Assembly: GCA_010909165.1 (NCBI GenBank)
Contig: MU008151.1
Location: 558,001-622,000 of the forward strand
Length of the DNA: 64,000 bases
Origin: Anthoceros angustus
Lineage: Eukaryota; Plantae; Anthocerotophyta
Direction: 5' to 3'
Numbering within the stretch: the stretch's first letter is position 1; each line of letters begins with the position of its first letter. The position numbers were made by a program, and so were the translations under genes. Shown here piece by piece: positions 1 to 14,538 of the stretch. Below the pieces are notes generated by a model, which was given only the letters and a program-made list of their open reading frames with translations, had not been told where the DNA came from and did not search any database.

Positions 1-82
1 ATATGTCATCTCTGGAACTCTGCAGCTGTGGCTGCCATGGAGCTGCGACATTAACTCATTATTCCATTTCACTTTCTTGCAG

Positions 83-321
83 GAGCCAGAAGTGTTCTCT
101 TCTGTTGCACGGATGGCCAAGTGGAGGAGTATGTGCACACTCTGAGAAAACTTGATTTTCCCTACGCTCCTTATTACTCGTATTCTTGCCGGCCAGCAAC
201 TCCTGGCCGATATGCAAGGGATAAAGAAGCCTCTCTCGAAGTATGGGACCGGACTTTGGAGATGCTTAATCTCACAGAAAGTGATGTCCAGTTATTGTTG
301 ACAGGCAATGCCTGCTCGTAG
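83..321 (+). CDS. FEY: Last exon of a short-chain dehydrogenase/reductase, FOREVER YOUNG (FEY)-like; 5' part lies outside the window
   Basis: Splice acceptor ttgcag ends at 82. The exon reads GARSVLFCCTDGQVEEYVHTLRKLDFPYAPYYSYSCRPATPGRYARDKEASLEVWDRTLEML..., which resembles the C-terminus of plant FEY SDRs as recalled (GSRSALF.ATDPQ..EY...L...D.P.C.F.S..CRP.NPS....A..VW.KTLE). Stop TAG at 319-321. Confidence 0.7.
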
Positions 322-517
322 TGACGAACCAATGCATTCTTATTCTTTGCACAGATCCCTGGTTTCGGGTCTGTCGCACCAACGGTTTTCAGTTAACCAG
401 ATATATTAGGCTGAGTACTTTTACACGAGATGTAGATACAAAATTGCCAGGTCCAAGAAGTTGGTCAATCTTCGACATTGTTCAGAGGAACCATACGGAC
501 AACCAACTCTCGACTAC

Positions 518-1661
<1,144 letters not shown>

Positions 1662-1790
1662 TCAACAGCGGCAGCTGGGAACAGTGTCGGATGCCTCTGC
1701 CGCTACGCTCCGCGCAGAGACCGCAGCAAGGGCGGCTATGGCGGACGCCCAATGCTGTCCAAGCCGAAAGGAAAAGCGCGGGAGATGTCC

Positions 1791-1798
1791 TTTCCCGC
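1791..1798. promoter_or_regulatory. E2F-binding site (TTTCCCGC) upstream of PCNA
   Basis: Exact TTTSSCGC consensus ~140 bp upstream of the PCNA ATG. PCNA is a canonical E2F target. Confidence 0.6.
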
Positions 1799-2156
1799 CA
1801 GGTTTGCTAGAGAAGAGTTTAGGGCTATGTACCTCCATTAACTTCTTACGTAATTTATGTTCAGACTCGGGAAAAATTAGGGGAAAATTGGCGGTATCGT
1901 TGGGTGCCAAAGCTCCCTACTCTTGGAACGGGACCTAGATGGGGGGCCTAGCAGGATGCCTATGGTGCTGGTTCTAGTAGCCTGGAGATTCTATTGACCT
2001 ACATACCTAGTTGCCTAGGAATCAAAGTCCCATGACGATGTATCCGGTCTAAATGAATTTTAATTAAATTATTTGGTTTTTAATTTTTTATATCATTTTT
2101 ATATGGTATGGTACCATATCATCCCACGTAAGCCAAGGAAAAGCATAACTAGAAGT

Positions 2157-2382
2157 GACTTCCACTTGGAGAGTTAGTTTATTGACACGAATAATTTATT
2201 TCTGCCTCATAGTGATCTTGTCGACTGAACGTCGTAAATGAGCATAAATGAGCAGTGGAAGGGAATGTGCTACATGATTTAAAGACTTCCACTTGGAGAG
2301 TTAGTTAATTGACAGGAATAACTTTTTTGTGCCTCATTGTGATAACCATGAAACCTTGTGGAATGACATCGTAAATGAGCAG
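2157..2382. repeat. Imperfect ~127-bp tandem duplication
   Basis: gacttccacttggagagttagtt...tgcctcat..tgat...cgtaaatgagcagt occurs at 2157 and 2284. Confidence 0.75.
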
Positions 2383-3495
2383 TAGAGCAGTGTTATGATC
2401 ATATACATCTTTTTCATAGCCCAACATCTTGGCCGCTTAAAGCATGTATTCGTTGTTTCTCCACAATGCCTCAACTTTGATGGATTATCGGATGTTTAAA
2501 TGCTACAATACAATAGTTTGTTTCCATCTTCGTCATGTTTTGAATGTGTTGACAAATGTCCCATCATCTTGGTAAAACAGATGGAGCTATGTAGGTCTTA
2601 TGACAAAATGCAAGCTGTTCGTTCCATGATACAACATTGGGCATACTTAAATTGTGTGGACATGTCATGATACAACATTGGGCATACTTAAATTGTGTGG
2701 ACACATGTCCGATAAGTTGGTGAAGGCAAGGAAGCTCTACAAGTTTTGTGACAAATTCCTAGTATTGCATTTTATGATACAACATTGAGTTCCAACAACA
2801 TGAGAAGCTTATTTTCCAAGTTTGTTACATGGATCCTGGACTTAATTTTACTAGCTTCAGTAGCTTTTCCTCACATGTCATATGAATCGTGTAGTTAGAT
2901 TCACGAGTTTGGGATGTCACTGAGATCCCATGGTTAGTCTCATGAGCTTCCATGGCTTTTCCTTACATGATATTTCACGACAAAAATTAAATAGTACATG
3001 CACTTTTATTACCTTTTATTTTTATAATATTATTGATAACTATATAAAACTCATATTTCATAAAAAGATTCAGATCAATATGTGTAGGTAGGAATAACAT
3101 AAAGGATCGGATTGCTACACGCCTCATTGAAATTATTCTTAGTTGTGGAATGTGATTTTCGGCTGTAGTACAACCATATCTCAATAGACTTTATGCCATA
3201 GTACAACCATATTTCAACAAACTTTATGTTGTAGTACGATCATTTCTCAATACACTTTTTTATTGCTGTAATACGATAATATCTCAATCTTGCAACCTAG
3301 TCCATTTCTATTCAATATGATTGTATTATCTCAATCTTACATGCCGAGGATTTCTCTTCGATATAATTGTGTAGATATATCTCAATCTTGTAGCCCAGTC
3401 AATTTCTATTCAATATGATTTTTAATTATATTTCAATCTTGCTGATATGACTTCCATTCGGTACAATTGTACACGGTTACAACACAATGATGTTT

Positions 3496-4011
3496 TCATT
3501 CTCTATGTGACCAATCTTTGGAATCGGGTACCAAATCCTCACTAGAGTATCGCATAAAGCAATCATCAGCATATGCAGCGCCTGACATATAACCCAAGCA
3601 AAGATGTTGCACCAATTCTTTACCAAGTGACCCAATACATTCTTGACAGTTATCAGCTGATGAACATGTACTTGATAATCTACAACCAACTCTATAATGT
3701 ATAACATCAACACATACGTTTGGATTATCAATATCCGGGACAATGAAAATGCTTGTGTATTGAAGGTGACTAGATGTTACATTCACTGACTTGAGCCGCC
3801 ATTGATTCCATAGAGGTGTAATTTCAATTCTAATTCTTAATATAGTTGTTATAAGGTATAAGTAATGAGCTCCATTAATGTCGTATTCCTTAATAGAGTT
3901 ACCATTTCTACAATTCCAAAAGAAAGGATCGCTTTTTGGATATGGTCGTGTTGAATGAATGTGAAAAATAATGAAGAGAAAGAACAGTGTGATCTTCCCT
4001 TGGGAAATCAT
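3496..4011 (-). CDS. Putative secreted cysteine-rich protein with a single DUF26/Gnk2-like domain (171 aa)
   Basis: Hydrophobic N-terminus MISQGKITLFFLFIIFHIHS. C-terminal half GCRLSSTCSSADNCQECIGSL...LCLGYMSGAAYADDCFMRYS resembles the DUF26 pattern CR-x(n)-C-x2-C...C....G......C.xRY. Intronless and AT-rich. Confidence 0.6.
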   Translation of the reverse strand: MISQGKITLFFLFIIFHIHSTRPYPKSDPFFWNCRNGNSIKEYDINGAHYLYLITTILRIRIEITPLWNQWRLKSVNVTSSHLQYTSIFIVPDIDNPNVCVDVIHYRVGCRLSSTCSSADNCQECIGSLGKELVQHLCLGYMSGAAYADDCFMRYSSEDLVPDSKDWSHRE

Positions 4012-4331
4012 GGCAAGTAACGAGATGTATAGAAAAATGACTTATTTAACACCCATGATATTAAAAAAATGAAGGAATGTTTGAGACAATGCGCTAACAA
4101 TTTTTCATGTTTGCATAGCTCAACAAATTTCATTATAATATTAATTTATCAGTCAATTTTTTCATATTGTTGACCATAACTTGCTCTCATGAGAGAAAAA
4201 ATGTTTTTGGCAGGTGCCACGAACCTTGTTTGATATAATGTTGATTGACCGTTAGTTCCCTTGTGTTGGCCTTTCAAAGGTAGATGGCTCACCCCATCTT
4301 TTCTCCTTCAATAAAACCCACTTTTATTGTC

Positions 4332-4565
4332 ATTAGATATGAACATACAAGTACCTCGTTGTAGTAGTCGGTGGATAATATTTATTAATGATATGATAGA
4401 AAATATTAATAAATCATAAGATTCATAGAGTGAACAACACTCATATGAAATTAGATATGAACATACAAGTACCTCGTTGTAGTCGGTGGATAATATTTAT
4501 TAATGATATGATAGAAAATATTGATAAATCATAAGATTCATACAGTGAACAATGCTCATCTGAAA
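4332..4565. repeat. 118-bp tandem duplication
   Basis: attagatatgaacatacaagtacctcgttgtagt...gattcata.agtgaacaa..ctcat.tgaaa occurs at 4332 and 4450. Confidence 0.85.
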
Positions 4566-6971
4566 TCACAAATTGATCTTCTGACATAGAGTGTCAAAGC
4601 CATATACAACTAATCTACATCCGTAAACCGCAAGAAACGACTAACTTCTATTCAAGTCTAGTGCGGGTGAAAGAAAGAATTAACTTCTCTTCAAGTCTTG
4701 TGTGGTAGGAGTAGACAACCACCTTCAGACCTATGCACTTCATAACTGAAAAGAGAAAACAAGAAAATCTGTACTGAAATGAGAAAGCTTTACAATACGG
4801 GAAGTCCTTTGCATGTCTATGATAGTGGCTCTAAACAAATGGAGAATAGACTCACGAACGTCCTAAGACAAGCTGATGCCTAGATAGATGCACGTCACAT
4901 GTAAAGACAAAAGAAAAGAGTTTCAAAACAAGAATTGGAAGAACAAACACATATGGTAAAGGAAAACATAGCAAACTAGAAAACGATGGAATGCAGAATC
5001 CAAGTTTACGTTGAACAAAGCTTGCAAGGTTAATCGTAACAAGGTAAATTACTTTTTATGCCATGCAAAAATGTGTAAGATTGTGTGTCGAGTTGTTTTG
5101 TCCATGATCTCACAATCCACATCTTAAATTTCAAGTTTGCGAAGTAATGTCTTGCATATTCTTGAAAAACTACAACTAAAAGCACGATTGTTAGATTCTG
5201 GAGTGTCCGCCAAGGCTTGCATCACATGCTTACATAATATCATAGAAGTAGCTAGCATGAAATGCTTAACTTTTCAATTCGTGCTGAAATTGAGCATCCC
5301 TTCTCCACCTTTAGAGGCATCATCCCTCATCCACAATCCATAAAGTCCGTTCAATCAAAAAATATCGTCCACACAATACATTGATTGCAATAAGCAAATC
5401 ATCCAAAATAAAATTGCCTAGAATGAAAATAATATTATTAAACACATAGAGGGTAGACTGGTACTGGGATGGGAAGTCCTAGTTGTAAGAGTTGAGAAAG
5501 AGAAATGCTAACATTAGTTCATTAATATTCCTTCCCATAGGCAACTAGTTTCATGAAACAACTATCTTAGTGACTTGCTGGAGATTGCATCCTCAACTAG
5601 TTCAGTTATATGTAGGCCATTCAATCTCCCGGGGAACTGAAGACTTTATTATAAAAAAGACATGGGAAAAACCCATGCACCCCAAAAACAAAGGGGGAAA
5701 ACCCAACGAAGGGCACTATTTTAGGGGGACTAGCCCCCACGATCCAATCTCCCTAGTCATGACATTGTAGGGACTGTAGGTGACTTTAGACATGAAGCTT
5801 AGTTTCTCCTTCCTGGGTCTCGTTTTGATGTACGTTAGCAGATGGGTTCACCCATCTCCTAATTTCCTTTGATAAAAACTTCAGTTTCGTGGAAGGTTTT
5901 CGAAGGTTTGGGATGCGAACGGTGGATACTTGCAACGGGAAGAACGCTGTAAGGTAGAGAGCCTGACAGCATTCGGATTCGGTGTTTGGCCAGGTGTCGG
6001 TTTCCCGGGGCACGGCATTTGGGTCCACTTCACTTCACGGGGAAGCGGAAGCGGGAAGATTATGGCGTTTGAAAATCTTGGTATTGCCTTCAACAAACGC
6101 TTTGGCTCGCCTTCGCGTTTCCCTCGCTCTTCGCCTTCCGCTCCTGGGCCTCACGCGCCGTCCCAGTGCACGTGCTTCTCCGATTCGCGCGCTCTGTCTT
6201 CCTGCGCCATCCGCGCATGTGGATGCGGCCCGGCCCGGCCAGGGCAGGCCCAGCGCTGCGTGCGCTTCTCGGGATGTGGTAATTCTGTTGCTTCCAGAAG
6301 CCTCCCCGAGGCCGCGTCCGGGAATGAGCGGTCATTTCTGATGAGGAGCTCTCCCTGCGCATGCGTTTTGGTGTGCAGGAGAGGTCGCTGGATGCGCCGG
6401 GTTCAAGCCTGAGGGATTTCGTGGAAGCTAAAGGCGCCAATTTCGCGGTTGTGTGACAGTTTCTGTGAGTGAAGCATTTTTGTGTTGCGGTTTCTGCGTG
6501 TGTGTGCTTCCTCTCGCATTTGCGCATGTTGCTGTGTGATTGAATGCCGGCGTGGTTAGGCTGACCGAAGTACAGGCATGACAAAAATAATATGTAGCTG
6601 GAACCGGAGTGGGAGAGGGTGGTGCTGCAGTGGGGGAATAGTAGGACGAGAGTGAACGAATGTGTTTGGTGGAATGGAATTTTAATGAACCTTGTATTGA
6701 ATTGGACGTAAGGAAGATTGTGTAACCGAATTTGGTGAAGAGATGTCCATTTTCCTCCCTGTGTCCGAGCAAACGTACACAAAAGTTGTCCCAGACTGAG
6801 ACTTTTGCGGTAGTCAATCATGAGAGCGGGATGGCGTTGCGTCTGGAGGCCCTGTTGTGGAGCGCTGCACCTGTGACGAAGGAGTCATGGGTTGAGGGGC
6901 ATGCATGATGAGGTCTGCTCTTCCCAGAGGTGGAAGATTTTGGGGAGTCAGCGGTGGAAGTGCAGGTAGAA

Positions 6972-9900
6972 ATGGGGGGCTCCGACACCACAGAGTATGC
7001 GGGTCTGTGGGACCTGGGCCAGCAGACCTCTCCTTCTCCTTGCGAGGGCGGGGATGAGAGTAGCCTGCCGTGTCAGAGGCAGCATCGGTATGGGAATGAC
7101 TGTGATGACCACTTTGGGCAGCATGATCAAGGGTCTTCAGATTTGGAGGAGTTGGACCATGATGATGATGGGGCGGAGTGTGGTACCTATCTCAGTATGT
7201 GGAAGAAGAACCTCGGGAGTTATGATGGGTATTTCAGCGCCAGAACATGTGTAGGTTCTGATTCAAAAGCTCGTGCGGCGAATATTGATAGAGCAATCAT
7301 TTCGCACGAAGACACACCAATCAGGCCTGGGGTCGGGCCTGGGAGTTATGCCAGGACGTTTGAGGAGCTGCTGGAGCAGTCCTTGAAGGCTCAAGAAATT
7401 GCTAGTTCTGATGGAGGGTCAAACAAAAGTGAGGACTCGTTAGCTGCAGATATGAGCTTGTTGGACAGATCAATGGCATCTGTTGAGGAGGACCCTCCAG
7501 GGGCCGGAAAATTGTTGCAACTGCGAAATATATCAGAAGGGGACATTGCTCAGGGGAAAGGGCTGCTGGCGATGGATGAAGTGCAGGAAACATTGGAGAA
7601 GCTGCATAAAGAGGTCCTCACACTGTCACGGGCAGTGGCCACAGATGATAGGTCTTCGTCTTGCTCTGCTTCTTCTGTAGAGGAGTCACAAAGGCTCTTG
7701 ATGGCATCATCACCTGTGTACGGAGGTTTGCAAAGGACCAGACGAACTGGGGAGAAGATTCCAAATGATTGCAGAATTGGTTGTCGACGAGAAGCAGACA
7801 AGCTGGCGGAGAAAATCCATTCAGGTGCTCCTGCAGATCTAGGAGGAAATAGTGCACAAAGATGGAATTGTAGGGGAAAGCACCGACACATGGTTAATGC
7901 TTCAGGCCAGAACTTCCAGAAGCTTTCCATGCTTCCTACTGGTCGAAAGAATCTAGCAGTCAGCTGGGAGGATCCAGGTCAGGCGGGGGGCATCCAGCCA
8001 AGTTTGAGGTGTGCTAAAGAAGCCAAGCGGCCTAGGCCTGTACAACTAGCCCATCAGCAATCTGGTGAAGCTCATAAGCCATCCGGGGAAGGAATTTCGC
8101 AGATGGTGTCCGACCACCTCTTGCCTAGGTCCTCATCCATTGGAGGAGGTGACTCTGCTTCCACAAGATTGCATGCACATACTGGGGATCTCAGAAGGAA
8201 TCACCTTCCATTTGAAGAAAATGTTGATTCGACTATCGTGGTTAGACAAAGGGAGGTGGACTGGTGCCCTATGCTGTCTGCTACTGTGGTAGCTGGGGAT
8301 AAGGACAAGGATGATGGAGATGTTGATACTGAAATGGATCAGAGAACAGACGAAGATGGTGGAGGAAAGGTGCTCAGACGTGAGAAAACCAGCTACAGTG
8401 TTTTTGATGACGAGGCTAGTCTTCCAAATACTAGGGGGGAAGTTACCCAGGCTTGTGAGAATGGAAGGTTATTTGATACACATCATGCTTCTGCTCCACC
8501 TGGAGATGTCATGTCAATGAGTCAGCAAAATGGCACTGCTCATTCAGTCGGCAGTGGATCACCTATTTGTGTCTCCAACTCCAATTTTGGTTTGTATAAC
8601 AGCTGCCATGTCGCTCAGCCTCGAAGTATGACTGACCTGAATTCAAAGTTATCAAACCCCCTTTCTGAATCAAACTTACCGAAGTACTTGAACACTGCAT
8701 GTCTGACTGGAGTGGTTTCAAATATAAAAGGGTCACAAGATGACATGGTGTCTGATCCAGTGTCAAGCTGTGATGATGAAAGTCTGTCTGCAGCGGACAA
8801 AGAATCAATTGACAATGAATCTGCTCCTGTGCTCAGTCTTATTGACTTACAAAGTCCATGTTTAGAAGGCCGTTGTAATGTTGATGGACCTAAGCAAGAG
8901 GTTGGAAACAGCGAGTGTAATAATGGTGCTGTGAAGTTCGAGGACATCCTTGCATTGCTCAACTTGAGAATAAAGAAGGGAGATCCAGAAGATATCCCTT
9001 TGTCTGATGCAAAAGAGATAGCCGCTGTTGGTCATTTTGATGTGACGGGCTCACAGAAACTTAACTCTGGATGTGTGTCAAAGAGTTGTCTTCAGATGGA
9101 ACCTTGTGGCACACTTTCAACAAGACCTACTGTCGGTGGCTACGATGCCACAGAATCTGAGAATGGCTGTGTTTGTGAGGATGTGAGGAAACATCTTTCA
9201 GAATCTCCTAGTGCTGAACAGCTGCTGTGTAGTCGTGTTGTAGCAGATGACGACAAAGCACGTGAATGTGCTGGTGGTTCTCCACGCCCACCTGATGATC
9301 TCCATAGTTCTTTCCTAGAATTTGAAAGCTATCCAGTCTATCCAATGGCTGTGGTGGATCATGATGAATCAGGTCAATATGCTTTCCCAAACCCAGGGCA
9401 TTTCGAGAATTATCAACATCTCTGGCTGCATTATCCTGACCAGTGTGCTGCTGACACTGACCTCAAGTTTTACATGCGTGCCACTGAGAAAGAGATTACT
9501 AGAAAGGTTCCTCATGATTGCGCTGTGAGCTGTGCAGCAATTACAGGACGTCTGGATCATGGCTCTGTAAGTCAGAGGGATCAAGCAGAACAAGTTGCCT
9601 CGTCTGCAGAATTGGAGGAAGAACGGGAATTGAATCTTGAAGGTGGACTTCCCTTCAGGGCCTGTTTGGTGCCTTTAAGAGAGCTTGTAAATCGTCCTCG
9701 GGAGTGCAGTCAAGTTGGAATGGATAAGCACAAAGCAGTGCTTTTGTACAAAAATCCTCTTTGGACAGATTCATCTCAAGACCTTACCTACATGCTGGGA
9801 AATGGTCATATTCCTGGGGAATCGGATGCTGAGCTGAACGCAGATGGAAAAAATGTGGTCAACTATGGTTTGAGACCCCACAGGAGTGATAGAAGAAAAG

Positions 9901-12900
9901 GCTGGAACGTGGATGGCAGTATTTCCATGAATGCTCTTCGAATGGCTAGCCTTCTGCCACCTGATGAAGAGTCGCCAGAGTTTCAAGAATGTATTTCTGA
10001 GGGCCACAATGGTCGACAAATGAGGAAGAACTGTCATCTTAACGATACAAATTGTGGGTCTGGCGGGACTTGTAAGGAAAGAACCTGTGAGGACTCATAT
10101 CATGGTTCGGAGGAGTTGTGGCTAAGTCAAAGTAGCGTGTTGGAAGGATATGCCTCAGAGTCACTAACTGCAAATGATAGGGGATTGGTGAAAGGAATGG
10201 CTGATGTCTCAAGTGGGTCTAGCATTCCTGGAAGCCTCTCCTGTAATAACCCAAATGGTACAATGTCTAGCAGAGGTAGGGTCGATGCGCTAAATGGGCT
10301 TCCTGTTGTGACCAAGCAGGAGGAATACCGTGTTCACCAGTTATCCGATATATGTGATGCATCTGATCCAGTTGATGAGTTGATTTCTGTTGTGGATCAG
10401 GATAATCGAGGAGAGAAAGCGGTTGCAAGTGAAAAGAAAAGGAGCAGTGAGGGGTGGTTTTTGTCTCTTGATACTCCTGTTGGGCGAGATGATGGGTCAG
10501 CCAGAGACAGGGTAGAATCTGTCCGTCCTCTTTGGAGAGAGAGTGTGGGGAAGTCCAAAAATCTTGTCAAAGTTGCCTATGGTTGCAAAATACCGTCACA
10601 GCAAACTGGTTCCCCGCATGGGGAAAGAATCATAGAGGGAAGAGGTGTAGAAAGTGCTGCAGAAACAGAAACTTTGCGTGACACAGATTCTGGTGCCATG
10701 ACTATTCATCAGGTCTCCAGGAAGTATCAAGTAGATACCATGGCAGGTAAACAGTTCACTAGGTCTGGCATGAAGCATAATGGTGTGCGGGATGTACGTG
10801 GCTGTGATGGTTCTAGCACGTTCAGCCCAAAGTCCGTCATGCAAGCTGGCCATATCTTGGAAGTTGAGAATGAGTTTGGTGAGTGTGTGATAAAGGATAA
10901 CCATTTGACAAAAGGATATAACTCGTCAAAGAAACATGAGATGGCGAGCAAAGGTTCTCTGCCTGATCCCGAAAATCCGGATATGCTGTGCAATAAGGCA
11001 CATGTTCATTGCACCACATGTGGCACCAAATGTGGAGATTGTGACATCACAGTTGGATCACATATGAAGAACAGCTGTGTAGAATCAGGAGTTGTTTACC
11101 AGGAGGACCATGGCAGATTCTTGAGGCCGCCGACTAGCAGCGATGTCAAGCAAGGAGAAACCCATACAACTCTGGCTGCTGGCGAGCATGTTGGAGAAAC
11201 AGAAAAACTTCTGGCGGCCCTTGAGCTAGAAGGTTTTGCTTACTGATCCCAAAGAATGCTTCTTTATGGTTTCATGGACCCGATCGAGAAATAGTAGGAT
11301 GCGCAAATGTGCACCTGTTGCTGTGTTGGTGCATTGCCGACCAAAGTACTGATTTTACCAATTGCAGAATTTCGGTTCCTGGAGAGGAGAGTGAGGAAGG
11401 AGGTTGAAGGAACCAAGGCCAAGGAATCAAGTATGTGTGATCTGAACTCATTAAGACCTGCCACAAAGGCTGAGGTAGCAGATAGACACTACCCTCAAGC
11501 GTCAACTCTGGAAAGAAATGGCAAAACCTTCCCTGAAGCAAACACGACTGGCGAGCACTTTGAGGAACCCTTTCCTGGAGAACTGACAACTGGGTTCGAT
11601 GACAGGAGCACGTGGTGTGGGGAGGGTGAACAGGCGAGCATTTGACGTGTTATCTTGCCATGCTTGCTCTCTATTGTGGACTTGCTGCGCAGTTTTATGT
11701 TGTTGTGCTTACAGAAACGTATGTTCTGTGGCAGATGCAGGAAAAATCATGTAGTCAAGGTATAGATGAGTGCTGTGCCACAAGTGCAGCTGTTCCCCAA
11801 GAAAGTCAAGGTACCATGCCATGTGCACCAGAACAGACCACCACACAACGTACAGGAGACCCTATGTCGAAACTAGTGCGCTCATACTTCCTTCCTGGCA
11901 AGATTCACAAAGACAGCTCAAACAGGACTCCTCCAGACGGGATTAATGCAGAAAATGGTGATGGGTTCGCGCTCGTCCAGAAGAAAGTCCAGGTTCTAGA
12001 AGCTGAAATTTTGAAGTTCCAAGCTGAAACCAAAAAAGCTCAAAGACTTGCTAAGGTATTGTGTACTCACAGCCCATTTTACTCAGCTTTGTGGATGGTC
12101 CTTTCGATTTTCAGATTTTCATTATGTACTCCATACGTCCCTCAGGAGTATGACGAGAAGGCCTATCAGCTGGCCCAGGAAAAGGTCTCCTGGGAGCAGC
12201 AGAAGAGGAAAGACGTTCAAGCATTTGCAGAATTCAAAGAAGAGCAGGTATAATTTCTTTTTTCCAGGCGCGAATCACATACGTCCTATTGGAGTAGCTA
12301 CATTTCATGCATGCGCTGGTGCAGATGCGCAAGGTGAAGAAACATCATCAGATGCTTGAGAAGTTATCCCAAGATCTCCTGCAACTTCCTACAAAGAAGG
12401 AGCGAAATCAGATTGACGAGCTGAAGGCTGAGATGACACAGATGAAGGATGAAAACTTGAAGAAGGAGAGTCGCTGGCGTCTCACGGTAGGAGGTTCGAC
12501 GTTAAGGAGACCCGCTGAATCTTTATCCTACATGTTGCGTTAATCTAATTGTGTTATACGATGAGCTATGATTATTTCCGATAAGATGTGAATGCCTGGA
12601 ATCCGCAGAACAAACGGCTGCGCGGGATAATAGACGAACTCACTGGGCAAAGTCGCGAGCTCCAGGAGGAAGTAAAGCCAACTACCGCATTATCTTGCAG
12701 AGTTGCGTCGTGACTGGATTTGTTAGTTTAAGATAGTCAGTCTGTTAAGTCACAGGTTCTATTCTCTAGCTCTCTCATGAGATCAGTGAGGTATTGTTAT
12801 AAGCTGATCAGGTTGTTGGCATCGTCAGATCAAGAGGTACGAGGAACGATTGCACAAGGAGTGGCAGGCGAAGGATGCTAGTTCTGCATCGAAATCTGAA

Positions 12901-14538
12901 AAAGGGACGTCTGTTGACTATAATATCATGTCAATCTCTATGCGAGAGAGCTCTCAGTATGTTGCAATGGAGGACTACACCTCCTATCACCAAGTAATGG
13001 ACTCATCTACTAGTCTGCAAATGTCAAGTGAGCTCCTTGAAACTAGGCACAGAAGACAACCTTACCATCTCGAGACAAGAACAGGTTCAGGAGGTGGTGC
13101 AGGTTCCAGGACAATGATGGAGAAGGTCAAGCCACCTCAATCAAAGGATAGAGGAGGGATGGACATGGCCAAAGAAGCAAGAGTCAGTGGAGAGGAGAAT
13201 GGGACCGCGTTAACAAAGTCTAAATTCCTTAGAGCCAGCGACGGATCGGGCCTTACTAGCCGTGATCTTGAGATGTCAGGTATGGAAATGGAAGGTGGCA
13301 GATCCTCACAAATTAAGGACCCCATGAAGAGCATGTCTGGACAATCAGAGTCCGCTCTCAGATCAGCAGCCCTGCAGCAGGGACGAAGCCCGTTGCCTAA
13401 TGACACGAATCAAGGGCTTTACAATGGCCGATATATGGAAACGTTGGCGAGTAGAGTTACAACCTTGGAAGTGCCTCCCGCTGCTAATGGGCATCCTTCA
13501 TTAGAGCCAAAATTTCAAGGTACTCTGAGCCCCTTTTCCCTCCTACGCCGGGAATGTGCTGGTCACTGCTTATAAACTCATGTTCCAGGAGGCGGAGTAC
13601 TGCGAAGCTTGCAACACGCGGACGTCTGGCGACCAGATAACGGCAGTGACGATGGAAGGTCATCGCCCAGTATTCCAACTGCTGCGAGATCTGAGGTAGG
13701 CATTTTCTGATCCATTCCTTCGTTCTGTTCCATGTACTCTATTCAGTGCTGTGGGGCATCCATTAATCTGATCGCCAAGAGCTTGAACCAGACAAACTTT
13801 TTCGCAATGATGGTACTTTATAAATTCGAAGTAGCACATCTAAAGGTCTACTATAATTTGAAGCGATCCTTTGACCGTCTGCGGAGCATACTGGAGCTGT
13901 TATAAAGGCTTCGCAAAGCTAACAAGTGTTAGAAAAAGTCAAGAATTCTCCTTGTTTGCCAGGGAATGATGAATGACGAGCCCATACAATAGAGTGACAA
14001 GTATGCTGAAACCTATGTGTCATCTTGGTGCTAACTTTCGTTAAAGCTGAATTGGAGTGCTGAATTGTCGCACTCTCTGATCTGTACTTGCTCAGGAAAT
14101 TGTGTCAGCGGACGACTGTGTATACTTCGCCAACGGCGACATCAAGAACACACTTCCCGATGGTAGCATAGAGTATTATTACTCGGAAGTGGATACATGG
14201 CACACAACCAAGCCCAATGGTGTGGAGATTTTCTACTTCCCTGACTATCAGGTACTAGTTGAGTCAAGTGCGTTCTCATGCGGTCGTCTGCTCGTGTGTT
14301 TGTATCAAATACTTTGAACCGCTGTCCAGTCTGCAAGTGGCTAACTGAAGGTTATCTATTTGGTAATGCTTGATCGTGGATGTGGTCCTGAATGTGCTTT
14401 TCTATTGAATGACTACCACTGTCTAGGCCCTTAACCAGCCTGCATCACCTGGTCATACAGGTGGAAGAGCACTGGCCAAATGGACAAAAGAAGATTATCT
14501 CACCAGATGGAACTTTTTATGTCATCGGGGCTGAGTAG
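6972..14538 (+). CDS. SAS4/CENPJ: Centriole assembly protein SAS-4/CPAP/CENPJ homolog, ~10 coding exons, roughly 2,000 aa; true start may lie in an upstream exon (acceptor at 6927)
   Basis: PN2-3-like tubulin-binding motif DTPIRPGVGPGSYARTFEELLEQSL (~7310-7385). LELE|EFRFLE motif across intron 11233-11367. CENPJ-like coiled coil PTKKERNQIDELKAEMTQMKDENLKKESRWRLT|NKRLRGIIDEL. C-terminal TCP10/G-box YFANGDIKNTLPDGSIEYYYSEVDTWHTTKPNGVEIFYFPDYQ|VEEHWPNGQKKIISPDG. Stop TAG at 14536-14538. Confidence 0.88.

Noticed and set aside
5786-6821. Overlapping 120-243-aa ORFs upstream of SAS-4
   Set aside because: No recognisable domain. GC-rich promoter, 5' UTR or first-intron sequence is the simpler explanation.
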